From Bacteroidota bacterium (GTDB lineage Bacteria > Bacteroidota > Ignavibacteria > Tepidaquicellales > Tepidaquicellaceae), in contig JAFDZR010000018.1 in NCBI GenBank assembly GCA_018266875.1, forward strand, positions 17,916 to 81,915: a DNA stretch of 64,000 nt. The letters run 5' to 3'. Below are positions 33,725 to 41,716 of this stretch, piece by piece; position 1 is the first letter of the stretch, and every line of letters starts with the position of its first letter. Both the position numbers and the translations under genes were made by a program. The notes beneath the pieces are model-generated. The model had not been told where the DNA came from. It did no database searches and saw nothing but the letters and a program-made list of their open reading frames with translations.

Positions 33725-35740
33725 ATGAAACAGCTAATCTTTACAACTTATATATTACTGATTGGAATAATAACATTTAATACCGGTCTGTCTTCACCTA
33801 TCAATCCATACATAAACTCCGTTTCACCGCCGATGAATTCAAACATTGTATTAAAATCTTCTGACATTGTTATCACATTCATGCAGGATATGAACGGATC
33901 GCTGATGACGGATGAAAACATAAAACTTTTCGGATATCAGACCGGACTTATGACTGCTTCGCTTGATTATAATTCAGTGACAAAAACTCTGACAATAAAT
34001 CCAGTTAATAATTTTAAGAACGGCGAGAAGATCAGTCTCACACTTACTTCGGGACTAAAGACAATTGCGAATGAAAGTATCACTCCATTTGTTTATTCAT
34101 TCAGGACAAAGGCTCTCGGTGGGACTGGTTTTTTTACAAAGTCTTCCGGCATTATCAACAATAATCAATTTACATATATTTTATCCGGTGATGTTGACAA
34201 TGACGGAGATATCGATCTTCTTTTTAATGACAAAATATTCAAAAATAACGGAAACGCTCTATTTACATATTATTCATCACTAAGTATTTCAGGATATCCG
34301 ATAATGGCAGATTTCGATTCTGATGGGGACCTTGATATACAAGTTGCATTGAATAACAATACATATTTGTTTCAAAACAACGGTGTTGGAGATTTTACTC
34401 AAACCACTTCTTATGCTGGATTAAATGGCTCTATTGGTGATTTTGACGGAAACGGATATTTTGATATGGCTTATTTTTCACAACAAACAGGATTAGATAT
34501 TTTAGTAGTAAAAAATTCACAGGGTATTTCTTCAATTGATACTGTTTATCATGTAAGCACTAATTGTTTCAATCCTCAATACAATTATTATGATAGAATT
34601 ATTATTAATGATATGAATAATGATGGTTCTTTAGATTTTATTGGAATTAATGGAACTGGATTTGGTGATAGTATTGAGGGATATTCATTGTGCAGAAGTT
34701 TTCATAAATTTACAAATGATGGTTCAGGTAAGTTTTTTTCTCAATTTTTTTATTCACAACAACTAAATAATTATTCTCCGCCAATATTATGGATTGGAGA
34801 CACTAAAACTTTTGATTATGATAATGACGGATTTAATGATATTATATCACCAGGGTTGAATCTTAAAAATGACGGCTCAGGATTATTTTTAGATCAGGGA
34901 TATTTTATTCCGTTTCATAATTCTGCAGATTTTGATTTTAACGGAGATGGATTTATTGATCTAATAACAATTTCCAGCTTCTCTTCAACTGTTATCGTTA
35001 ATTCAAATAATGGTAATGGAACATTTAGCCAAAGTTATCTCAGCAATAATTATTCTTTTCGTTCATCCGCATCAGGAGATTTTGATAATGACGGGGATAT
35101 TGATATTGCTATAAAAGAATATTATACTAATGAAGTCGCCATCTTACTCAACGGCGACTCACCATTACCCGTCGAGCTTTCTTCATTTTCTTCAAGTGTA
35201 AATTCAAACTCAGTAAAATTAAACTGGTCCACTTCAAGCGAGCAAAACAACTCCGGCTTTGAGATACAGAGAACGTCTTTAAAAAATGAATCTCCGTATG
35301 CATGGACGAAGATCGGATTCGCTGAAGGTCAGGGAAATTCAAACTCTTCTGCAAATTACAATTTCGAAGATAAAAATTTATTGTCAGGAAAATATAAATA
35401 CCGTCTAAAGCAGATCGACTTCAACGGTAATTTCAAATATTATGATCTTTCGAATGAGGTAGTGATCGGCATTCCGACTTCGACAGAGTTTATGCAAAAT
35501 CATCCAAATCCTTTTAATCCGGTTACAAATATTTCTTACAGACTTTCGGAGAATGGCTTTGTGACTTTAAAAGTGTTTGATAATTCGGGCAGAGAATTGA
35601 AAACGCTTGTGAATGAATTTAAAGAGGCAGGATATTATACAATTGAATTCAACGGCAGTAATCTTGCGAGCGGGATTTATTTTTATAAGCTGACCGCGGG
35701 GGATTTTGTTCAGACAAAAAAGCTGTCGCTGGTTAAGTAA
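33725..35740 (+). CDS. Secreted FG-GAP/VCBS-repeat protein with N-terminal Ig-like domain and T9SS C-terminal sorting domain
   Basis: 671 aa. Signal peptide, repeated calcium-binding DxDxDGDxD loops (DVDNDGDIDL, DFDSDGDLDI, DMNNDGSLDF, DYDNDGFNDI, DFDNDGDIDI). C-terminal NHPNPFNPVTNISYRL...GIYFYKLTAGDFVQTKKLSLVK. Confidence 0.85.
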   Translation: MKQLIFTTYILLIGIITFNTGLSSPINPYINSVSPPMNSNIVLKSSDIVITFMQDMNGSLMTDENIKLFGYQTGLMTASLDYNSVTKTLTINPVNNFKNGEKISLTLTSGLKTIANESITPFVYSFRTKALGGTGFFTKSSGIINNNQFTYILSGDVDNDGDIDLLFNDKIFKNNGNALFTYYSSLSISGYPIMADFDSDGDLDIQVALNNNTYLFQNNGVGDFTQTTSYAGLNGSIGDFDGNGYFDMAYFSQQTGLDILVVKNSQGISSIDTVYHVSTNCFNPQYNYYDRIIINDMNNDGSLDFIGINGTGFGDSIEGYSLCRSFHKFTNDGSGKFFSQFFYSQQLNNYSPPILWIGDTKTFDYDNDGFNDIISPGLNLKNDGSGLFLDQGYFIPFHNSADFDFNGDGFIDLITISSFSSTVIVNSNNGNGTFSQSYLSNNYSFRSSASGDFDNDGDIDIAIKEYYTNEVAILLNGDSPLPVELSSFSSSVNSNSVKLNWSTSSEQNNSGFEIQRTSLKNESPYAWTKIGFAEGQGNSNSSANYNFEDKNLLSGKYKYRLKQIDFNGNFKYYDLSNEVVIGIPTSTEFMQNHPNPFNPVTNISYRLSENGFVTLKVFDNSGRELKTLVNEFKEAGYYTIEFNGSNLASGIYFYKLTAGDFVQTKKLSLVK

Positions 35741-35998
35741 ATTTCAAATTACGAATTTCAAATTTCAAATAAGAAATTTTTGGATGTGTTTCTTACTGAA
35801 TAGATTCCCGCCGGGAACAGACAGTCCGAAAACAATGGGAATGCCTCAAAGTCTCCAAGACTCAAAGAAAAACAATTTAAAACAAACCACTTTGAGCCTT
35901 CGAGTCTTAGAGGCAGGTATTAACATATTGTTTTCGGAAAGTCTGGAACATGCGGGAATGACATTATAAAAGCGGTTAACCTTTGAGCCTTCGAGGCA
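35740..35998. repeat. Composite repeat: 7-bp-periodic A/T tract, split GGGAAT hairpin and nested MITE-like hairpin (copy 2)
   Basis: AATTTCA/AATTACG heptamers at 35740-35780. TAGATTCCCGCCGGG (35801-35815) and CATGCGGGAATGAC (35950-35963) are the two REP arms, separated by an inserted hairpin. That hairpin has termini CAGACAGTCCGAAAACAAT (35818-35836) / ATTGTTTTCGGAAAGTCTG (35927-35945) and inner arms GCCTCAAAGTCTCCAAGACTCAAAG / CTTTGAGCCTTCGAGTCTTAGAGGC. An extra half-copy CTTTGAGCCTTCGAGGC lies at 35981-35997. Confidence 0.75.
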
Positions 35999-36069
35999 AA
36001 CCCGAAAAAATTTAAATATAGAATTTAAATACCTCTAATCCTAACTTTGTAAAACAAATCTTACACTGT

Positions 36070-37389
36070 TTGAATTTTCTGAAAGATAAATACAATGTTC
36101 TCTGTTTGCTTATTTACCTTCTGTCTCTGTTTACCTTTTACATTCCGGATATTTCACCGCAGGATAAAGTTATTTTGTATATTTTTATATTCTCGGTTTG
36201 TTTTTTCCTCTGCTCGGTTTTGTATTTCAGGAACAGGCGCAAAACGGATATAGGTTTCAGGGAAGTCCTGATCATAGCTGCAGCGCTCAGAGCGGCGCTT
36301 TTATTCAGCGCTCCCGTAACATCTGATGACTATTACAGATATTTATGGGACGGGAAAGTTCAGAGCGAAGGAATTGATCCTTTTTTATTTTCCCCGCTTG
36401 AACTAACATCGCTTCACGATAATGTTATCTATCCCGGCGTAACCTTTCCGGAAGTCAAAACAATTTATCCGCCGGTTTCACAGATCATATTTTATCTTGC
36501 TTATCAGATCTCACCCGGAAATACTTTCGGATTGAAACTGCTGTATCTGCTTTTTGATATCGGCACTATGATATTCCTGTCGGCTTCCGTTTTAAAACTA
36601 AAATTAAATCCCGCTGGTATTTTACTGTATGCATTCTCGCCGCTTGTAATTCTTGAATTTTTTCTGAACGCTCACGTTGACGTCATTCTGATTTTCTTCT
36701 TATCCGGAAGTTTATATTTTACACTTAAAAGGAACATTCAGCCTGCATTGCTGTTCCTCGGGTTCTCAGTGCTCAGCAAGACTTATTCCCTGATATTCCT
36801 GCCTGTGATTATTTTGTTTTTTGTCCGCGATAAGTTATCTTTTACAAAAGCGGTAAAGAACATTATCTGTTTTATTCTTCCGTTTACGGTTGTGATTTTT
36901 TACAGGGAAGGGATAATGAATCTTTTTCAGGTGATGGGAAATTATATGAAACACTGGTATAATAACAACCTGATATATAAATCTGTTCTTTATGTAACGG
37001 AAATGTTCGGAGTTAACGATCACGCTTTGACGAGAGAGATTTTAATAATATTATTCGCTGTTTCTTTTTTGATAATTCTTTTTTCCCGGACGGATCTGAT
37101 TAAGACAGTTACATTTATAACGATATTTTATTTTCTGTTCTCTCATACTGTTCATCCCTGGTATCTTACAGTATTGGCAATGCTGCTTCCGCTTTACTTC
37201 AGTCATGCGTCTTTTTACTGGACGGGAATCATCGGATTAACCAATCTGACGGTATTTTTCTATCTGAAATACGGGATCTGGGATGACGCGCTGCCTGTTC
37301 TGATAATTGAATACGCCGGCGTGATAATATTTTTACTTTACGACTTTAGAAAAATTAAATTAAATAAACCGGAAATTATAACACAATGA
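36070..37389 (+). CDS. Polytopic GT-C-like membrane glycosyl/mannosyltransferase (DUF2029 / GT87-like)
   Basis: 439 aa with a TTG start and about 12 TM helices. The first periplasmic loop motif TSDDYYRYLWDGKVQSEGIDPF is what I associate with DUF2029-type mannosyltransferases. Confidence 0.65.
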   Translation: MNFLKDKYNVLCLLIYLLSLFTFYIPDISPQDKVILYIFIFSVCFFLCSVLYFRNRRKTDIGFREVLIIAAALRAALLFSAPVTSDDYYRYLWDGKVQSEGIDPFLFSPLELTSLHDNVIYPGVTFPEVKTIYPPVSQIIFYLAYQISPGNTFGLKLLYLLFDIGTMIFLSASVLKLKLNPAGILLYAFSPLVILEFFLNAHVDVILIFFLSGSLYFTLKRNIQPALLFLGFSVLSKTYSLIFLPVIILFFVRDKLSFTKAVKNIICFILPFTVVIFYREGIMNLFQVMGNYMKHWYNNNLIYKSVLYVTEMFGVNDHALTREILIILFAVSFLIILFSRTDLIKTVTFITIFYFLFSHTVHPWYLTVLAMLLPLYFSHASFYWTGIIGLTNLTVFFYLKYGIWDDALPVLIIEYAGVIIFLLYDFRKIKLNKPEIITQ

Positions 37390-37970
37390 AAGAAGCAATA
37401 ATAGTATTTGCAAAAAATCCTGTAAAAGGAAATGTAAAAACCAGACTGGCTGCTGATATAGGAATTGATAAAGCGCATGATATATATGTAAAGCTGCTTA
37501 AACATACGCATGATATCACAAAAGATCTTGAGTGCGGTAAATTTCTTTATCTTACTGAAAGAAAAGATGAACAACTCTTTGACGGAAATTACAGGCAGGA
37601 ACTGCAAAACGGTCCCGATCTCGGAGAAAGAATGAAAAGAGCATTTGACGAGGTTTTCAAAAAAGGATTCAGAAAAATCCTTATAATCGGTACCGACTGT
37701 CCCGGTCTGAATCCGGAAATCATTAATACTGCTTTTGAAAAACTCAATGAGAATGATTTTGTTCTGGGACCTACTGACGACGGAGGATATTATCTTCTGG
37801 GAATGAAAAAAACTTCCGCATATTTATTTGAGGATATTGTATGGAGTACGGAAGAAGTGCTTTCTGAGACAGTCAAGCGGATAGAAAAAAACAAGAAATC
37901 CCATTTTCTTCTTAATAAGCTTAAAGATATTGATGATCTTGAGGATCTTCAAAAGACAGGTTTCGTATAA
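37386..37970 (+). CDS. DUF2064-family transferase (rSAM/selenodomain-associated 'transferase 1' type)
   Basis: 194 aa. AIIVFAKNPVKGNVKTRLA, LIIGTDCPGL and GPTDDGGYYLLG motifs characteristic of DUF2064 nucleotidyl/glycosyl-transferase-like proteins. The start overlaps the upstream stop (ATGA at 37386-37389). Confidence 0.75.
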   Translation: MKEAIIVFAKNPVKGNVKTRLAADIGIDKAHDIYVKLLKHTHDITKDLECGKFLYLTERKDEQLFDGNYRQELQNGPDLGERMKRAFDEVFKKGFRKILIIGTDCPGLNPEIINTAFEKLNENDFVLGPTDDGGYYLLGMKKTSAYLFEDIVWSTEEVLSETVKRIEKNKKSHFLLNKLKDIDDLEDLQKTGFV

Positions 37971-37987
37971 AATTATTTGGAATTTAT

Positions 37988-40900
37988 TTAAAAGAAAGCC
38001 TTGATCTCGGCGCGGCCTGTATGTATTACTTTTCTGCCGCCTTCGGATCTACCGTCGTAATTTATTGTCGCCTGTAAATTTTTACTGATACTGTAATCAA
38101 ATAACAGTCTCCATAAAATACTGCTGCCGACAGGTCTGCCGCCGGTAAGCTCATAAGGAAAAGCAGCGTCGGGAAAGTTCAGCTTTACATTATCCCTTTC
38201 CACTTCAGCTCTCACCCTGCCCGATAATGCAAAAGAATAAATGATCCTGAAAAGAATCTGATTGATGTCCGCCTGTATCGGAATAAAGGGATAACTGTCA
38301 ACAGCTTTTGAAATGTTCAGCTGAAAACCGCTTTCGATCTCCGGGATCGGTCTGTAGGAAAAATCACCTGACAATCCCTCGGACTTGATGTTTCTGTTCC
38401 GTACTGAATTTGAAGGAGCGTCGTTTCTGTCAACTTTTGTGGAGTATTCAAATAATGTTGTGATATCCGTTGTCAGTCCGAGTTTCAGCTTTACTGACTT
38501 CTGAATACCGAAGAATCTTTCATTTCCACCTATATACTGATTGAACGTTCTCTGCTGAATGTATCTTAGCTTCAGGGAATATGAGGAATTGAATTCAAAG
38601 AAATTAATATCCTGCTGAAAAAGATTTGTACCGAAGAGAGTATTCGAGTCGTTCTGAAAAGTGCTGAACTTAAGAAAGTATATGTCGTCTGTATTCGGAT
38701 TCTTGCTTTTTTCCTCCACACGCACATAACTTTCGGCGGTCGTGTTTCTCAAAATATCCGATAAAAAATCATTTCCTGTTACATTAAAAAATCTCGCCGG
38801 CTTAAGATTGAATCTTGCGGAAGTGTTTAGTCCTGTGACAGGGAATAGTTCGCTGGTCGGCTGATTTATCCGTATATAATTTCCGTCATTGAAATTTGTA
38901 AGCTGAAATTCGTTCTCATCCTTTAATCCGTTTGCATTGAGATCTCCGAGATAAATATAATTTCCCTCGCCGACCCTTACTTCAACAAAAATCCTTTCCA
39001 CTTTTGCCTGACGTTCGCTTGTCGTATTGTAATAAAGATCAGTAAGCAGCGAACCGTTCAGCGGGTCAAGTCTCGTCTGCCAGTTAACAAGAAGCGAGTT
39101 ATTGTTTATGTTTGTCTCTGTGGTAAATTCATCCGCAAAAACTTTTTTCCGGAGTGTAAGTTCGAGAAAAGTGGAAACCCACTGAACGCCGTTATATCTG
39201 AGACCGTAAGTCTGAGTAAAAGTTTCCGATTCCTTTTTCAATACTCCTTCCAGCGGTAGGTTATCTTTTCTGAAACCTATCTCTGAATAGAAGTTGAGAT
39301 CATACAGATTGTTTATCAGGAATTTCGGCTTGACTTCGTAAAATGAAAAACTTCCCGACTGCAGACTGTCTCCGGTCAGTCCGGGCACTTTATTCCGCCT
39401 GTTCTCCTGCGCAAAATCAAGTTTGAATTCAAGACTCGGATTGTCAAAGGAAAATCCGCCGAGATATTTTTTATAACCCGCGCTTGCCAGCTGTCTCAGC
39501 CAAATGCTGTTTACATTAATGTATGTATTGTCGGATTTAATGTATTCAATATTGTAAAGCAGTTCGGGAATGTTCTTCGTATCATCTTTCATAACAAACT
39601 CTGCAGCCGTTCTTAACGAATTGAATCCGTCTCCTCTGAGAAGCTGTCCGAATGATGCGTTGAATTTAATAAAATCTTTTGGAATAATATTAAGAGAAGC
39701 TTCCCTGAGATCCTCTGTCAGCTTGTTGGAATCCTGTATGTCGTAATCCCTGTAAAATTCAACCGGGTTGTATCTTTCCAGCGGTACAAAGATCTTGTTT
39801 ACAACCTTGCTCTTTAGTTTCAGTTCGACAGAGTTGAGCTTTGTTCCGAGAAAATTGAAATCCCTTTTGTTTAATCCGATTGTTCCGAATAATGCCACGC
39901 CTGTATTATTGTTGTCACCTATGGCGGATAATTTATTTGCGTCGAGAACTGAAAATGCAGATTCAAGTTCCAGTGTAAATTCTTTCAGAGGAGAAGATTC
40001 ATATTTAAGATTAATGTCACCGATCTGATATGAATTAGGCAGCGGAATGAAAATTATCGTGTCGTAATTTCCCTGACTAAGTCCGTTGAAATCATATTCA
40101 AGCGAACTTTTCTGCAGATAATTTCCCTTTCCCTGACCGACAAAAGAAAATGTCACCTGATAAAGAGCGTTTGCATCATTTGGGAGATATTTATAATATG
40201 TAATCTTCTGAGAATTTATAAGCGTATCTGATTTTATGTACAATCCTTTTCCCAGTCCGGTGGCGGTGTCAACCCCGACAAATTCAACTCCTGACTTTAT
40301 GGCTTTGAACCTGTCGTCTCCCGCCTGCGAAAGTATCTGTCTGTCCTGATCGGTAAGAGTAAAATCTATGCTTTTGTTTTCGTTATCATTTTCACTTACG
40401 TAGGAAAATCCTATGTTCAGTTTGTTTTTAAATAAACTCAGATTGTTCGCTCCAGTCAGTAAAGTCCGTGAATATTTTCTGTCGGTATATTCAAAGTCCA
40501 CTATAATTCTCGAAGCAACAGAAATGATCCTTTTGTTTGTAAATGTAATTGTCCCGATCCCGTAATCAATAACATAATCCGCCTGTTCGCCGCGAACCAT
40601 TTCTATTCCGTCAAGAAAGACTTTTTCAGATCCGGAAAGAACCAGAATATTAATCTCATTGTCTTTCCCTATCAGATAATAAGGACCCTGAATTCCGTCC
40701 CTGCCGTTGAATGAATTTGAATTGAACTTACCTCTCTGAACTGCGCCGCTGAGAAGAATATTTCCAATGCCGTTCCCGTATACCGCGTATCCCTTTGCGC
40801 CCTGAATTTTCCTTTTGAAGTTTGTGAACTGAGTATTCTGAAAATCAATATTTATATCTCCTATCGTTCCGGTAAAATCCTGACCTTTGAGTTCGATGAA

Positions 40901-41536
40901 AACATTGTCAAGCTCCTGAAGCTTCTGCGTATTGCCTTCGGGTTGTATCGGAGTTGTCTCGTCAGTAAGAGCAGCATTTATCTCAATGTCGCTTGTGAGC
41001 TTACCGTTCAGCTGAAGCCTGAATCCGGAATTCAGCGAGAGATCACGGTTTGAACCGACAGTAACTCCCCTGAAAAGACTTCCTGATTTCTGAAGGTCGG
41101 TTCCTTCAAACAGACTTCCGATAAAATCCTTGTTCTGTGTCGCTATCTGAATTGAATCTCCTGTTAAAGTGTCTCTTTCCGTTATAATATCGAAATTAGA
41201 ATATTCTTCCTTGATGTCATACGGAAAGACATCATAGTCCGTGCGGAGACTGTAGATCTGAAAAGTATCAAGTTCATATTTAGAAAAAAGGTCTTTGCTT
41301 AATGTAATAACTCCCTGTCTGTTATCAATTTTGTAATCGCTGAAAGGCGTAAGGATTTTATTCTGTAAAGTCAGGATCTCCGAAAACGGTATTATGAATT
41401 TTTCAGGAAGCGTAATGAGTGTGTCTCTGTGACCGATCTGGGAAACGAGGGTTCTGTAATTCGGATTCTGCTGTGAATAAAGCGAAGCGGCTGACAGCAG
41501 CAGAATAAAAAGAATAATGAATTTTTTGATTACCAT
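37988..41536 (-). CDS. Very large secreted protein, probable outer-membrane beta-barrel (1182 aa), hypothetical
   Basis: Signal peptide (MVIKKFIILFILLLSAASLYSQQ). Composition is rich in alternating beta-strand patterns, Y/F/N/G/S/T. The C-terminal residue is Phe (...GRAEIKAFF), as in OMP beta-signals. The segment GSEKVFLDGIEMVRGEQADYVIDYGIGTITFTNKRII...IIVDFEY reminds me of SprA N-terminal repeats, but this is unverified. Confidence 0.75.
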   Translation of the reverse strand: MVIKKFIILFILLLSAASLYSQQNPNYRTLVSQIGHRDTLITLPEKFIIPFSEILTLQNKILTPFSDYKIDNRQGVITLSKDLFSKYELDTFQIYSLRTDYDVFPYDIKEEYSNFDIITERDTLTGDSIQIATQNKDFIGSLFEGTDLQKSGSLFRGVTVGSNRDLSLNSGFRLQLNGKLTSDIEINAALTDETTPIQPEGNTQKLQELDNVFIELKGQDFTGTIGDINIDFQNTQFTNFKRKIQGAKGYAVYGNGIGNILLSGAVQRGKFNSNSFNGRDGIQGPYYLIGKDNEINILVLSGSEKVFLDGIEMVRGEQADYVIDYGIGTITFTNKRIISVASRIIVDFEYTDRKYSRTLLTGANNLSLFKNKLNIGFSYVSENDNENKSIDFTLTDQDRQILSQAGDDRFKAIKSGVEFVGVDTATGLGKGLYIKSDTLINSQKITYYKYLPNDANALYQVTFSFVGQGKGNYLQKSSLEYDFNGLSQGNYDTIIFIPLPNSYQIGDINLKYESSPLKEFTLELESAFSVLDANKLSAIGDNNNTGVALFGTIGLNKRDFNFLGTKLNSVELKLKSKVVNKIFVPLERYNPVEFYRDYDIQDSNKLTEDLREASLNIIPKDFIKFNASFGQLLRGDGFNSLRTAAEFVMKDDTKNIPELLYNIEYIKSDNTYINVNSIWLRQLASAGYKKYLGGFSFDNPSLEFKLDFAQENRRNKVPGLTGDSLQSGSFSFYEVKPKFLINNLYDLNFYSEIGFRKDNLPLEGVLKKESETFTQTYGLRYNGVQWVSTFLELTLRKKVFADEFTTETNINNNSLLVNWQTRLDPLNGSLLTDLYYNTTSERQAKVERIFVEVRVGEGNYIYLGDLNANGLKDENEFQLTNFNDGNYIRINQPTSELFPVTGLNTSARFNLKPARFFNVTGNDFLSDILRNTTAESYVRVEEKSKNPNTDDIYFLKFSTFQNDSNTLFGTNLFQQDINFFEFNSSYSLKLRYIQQRTFNQYIGGNERFFGIQKSVKLKLGLTTDITTLFEYSTKVDRNDAPSNSVRNRNIKSEGLSGDFSYRPIPEIESGFQLNISKAVDSYPFIPIQADINQILFRIIYSFALSGRVRAEVERDNVKLNFPDAAFPYELTGGRPVGSSILWRLLFDYSISKNLQATINYDGRSEGGRKVIHTGRAEIKAFF

Positions 41537-41716
41537 TTCCCTGTTTTAATGATCAGCGTATAATACTTTTCCACGGCATTTGCCGGGAGGAAAAGATCCC
41601 CGTCCGGAAATAATAAATTAACAACGGAAATCAGATCAAAATTATTTGCTGCAATAAATTAATATATGTATAATCAAAAAATTATTTTAAAGTTAATTTA
41701 TTAACACCGCGTAACG

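Noticed and set aside
35706-35969. 87-aa ORF overlapping the end of the FG-GAP gene and the composite repeat
   Set aside because: It runs straight through the heptamer tract, REP arms and nested hairpin. Its openness is best explained by the repeat sequence.
41537-41716. Possible attenuator hairpin (CTTTTCC...GGAAAAG) between the vWA gene and the giant OMP gene
   Set aside because: The stem is short, the loop is large and no U-tract follows on the transcribed (minus) strand. I do not consider it a supported terminator.
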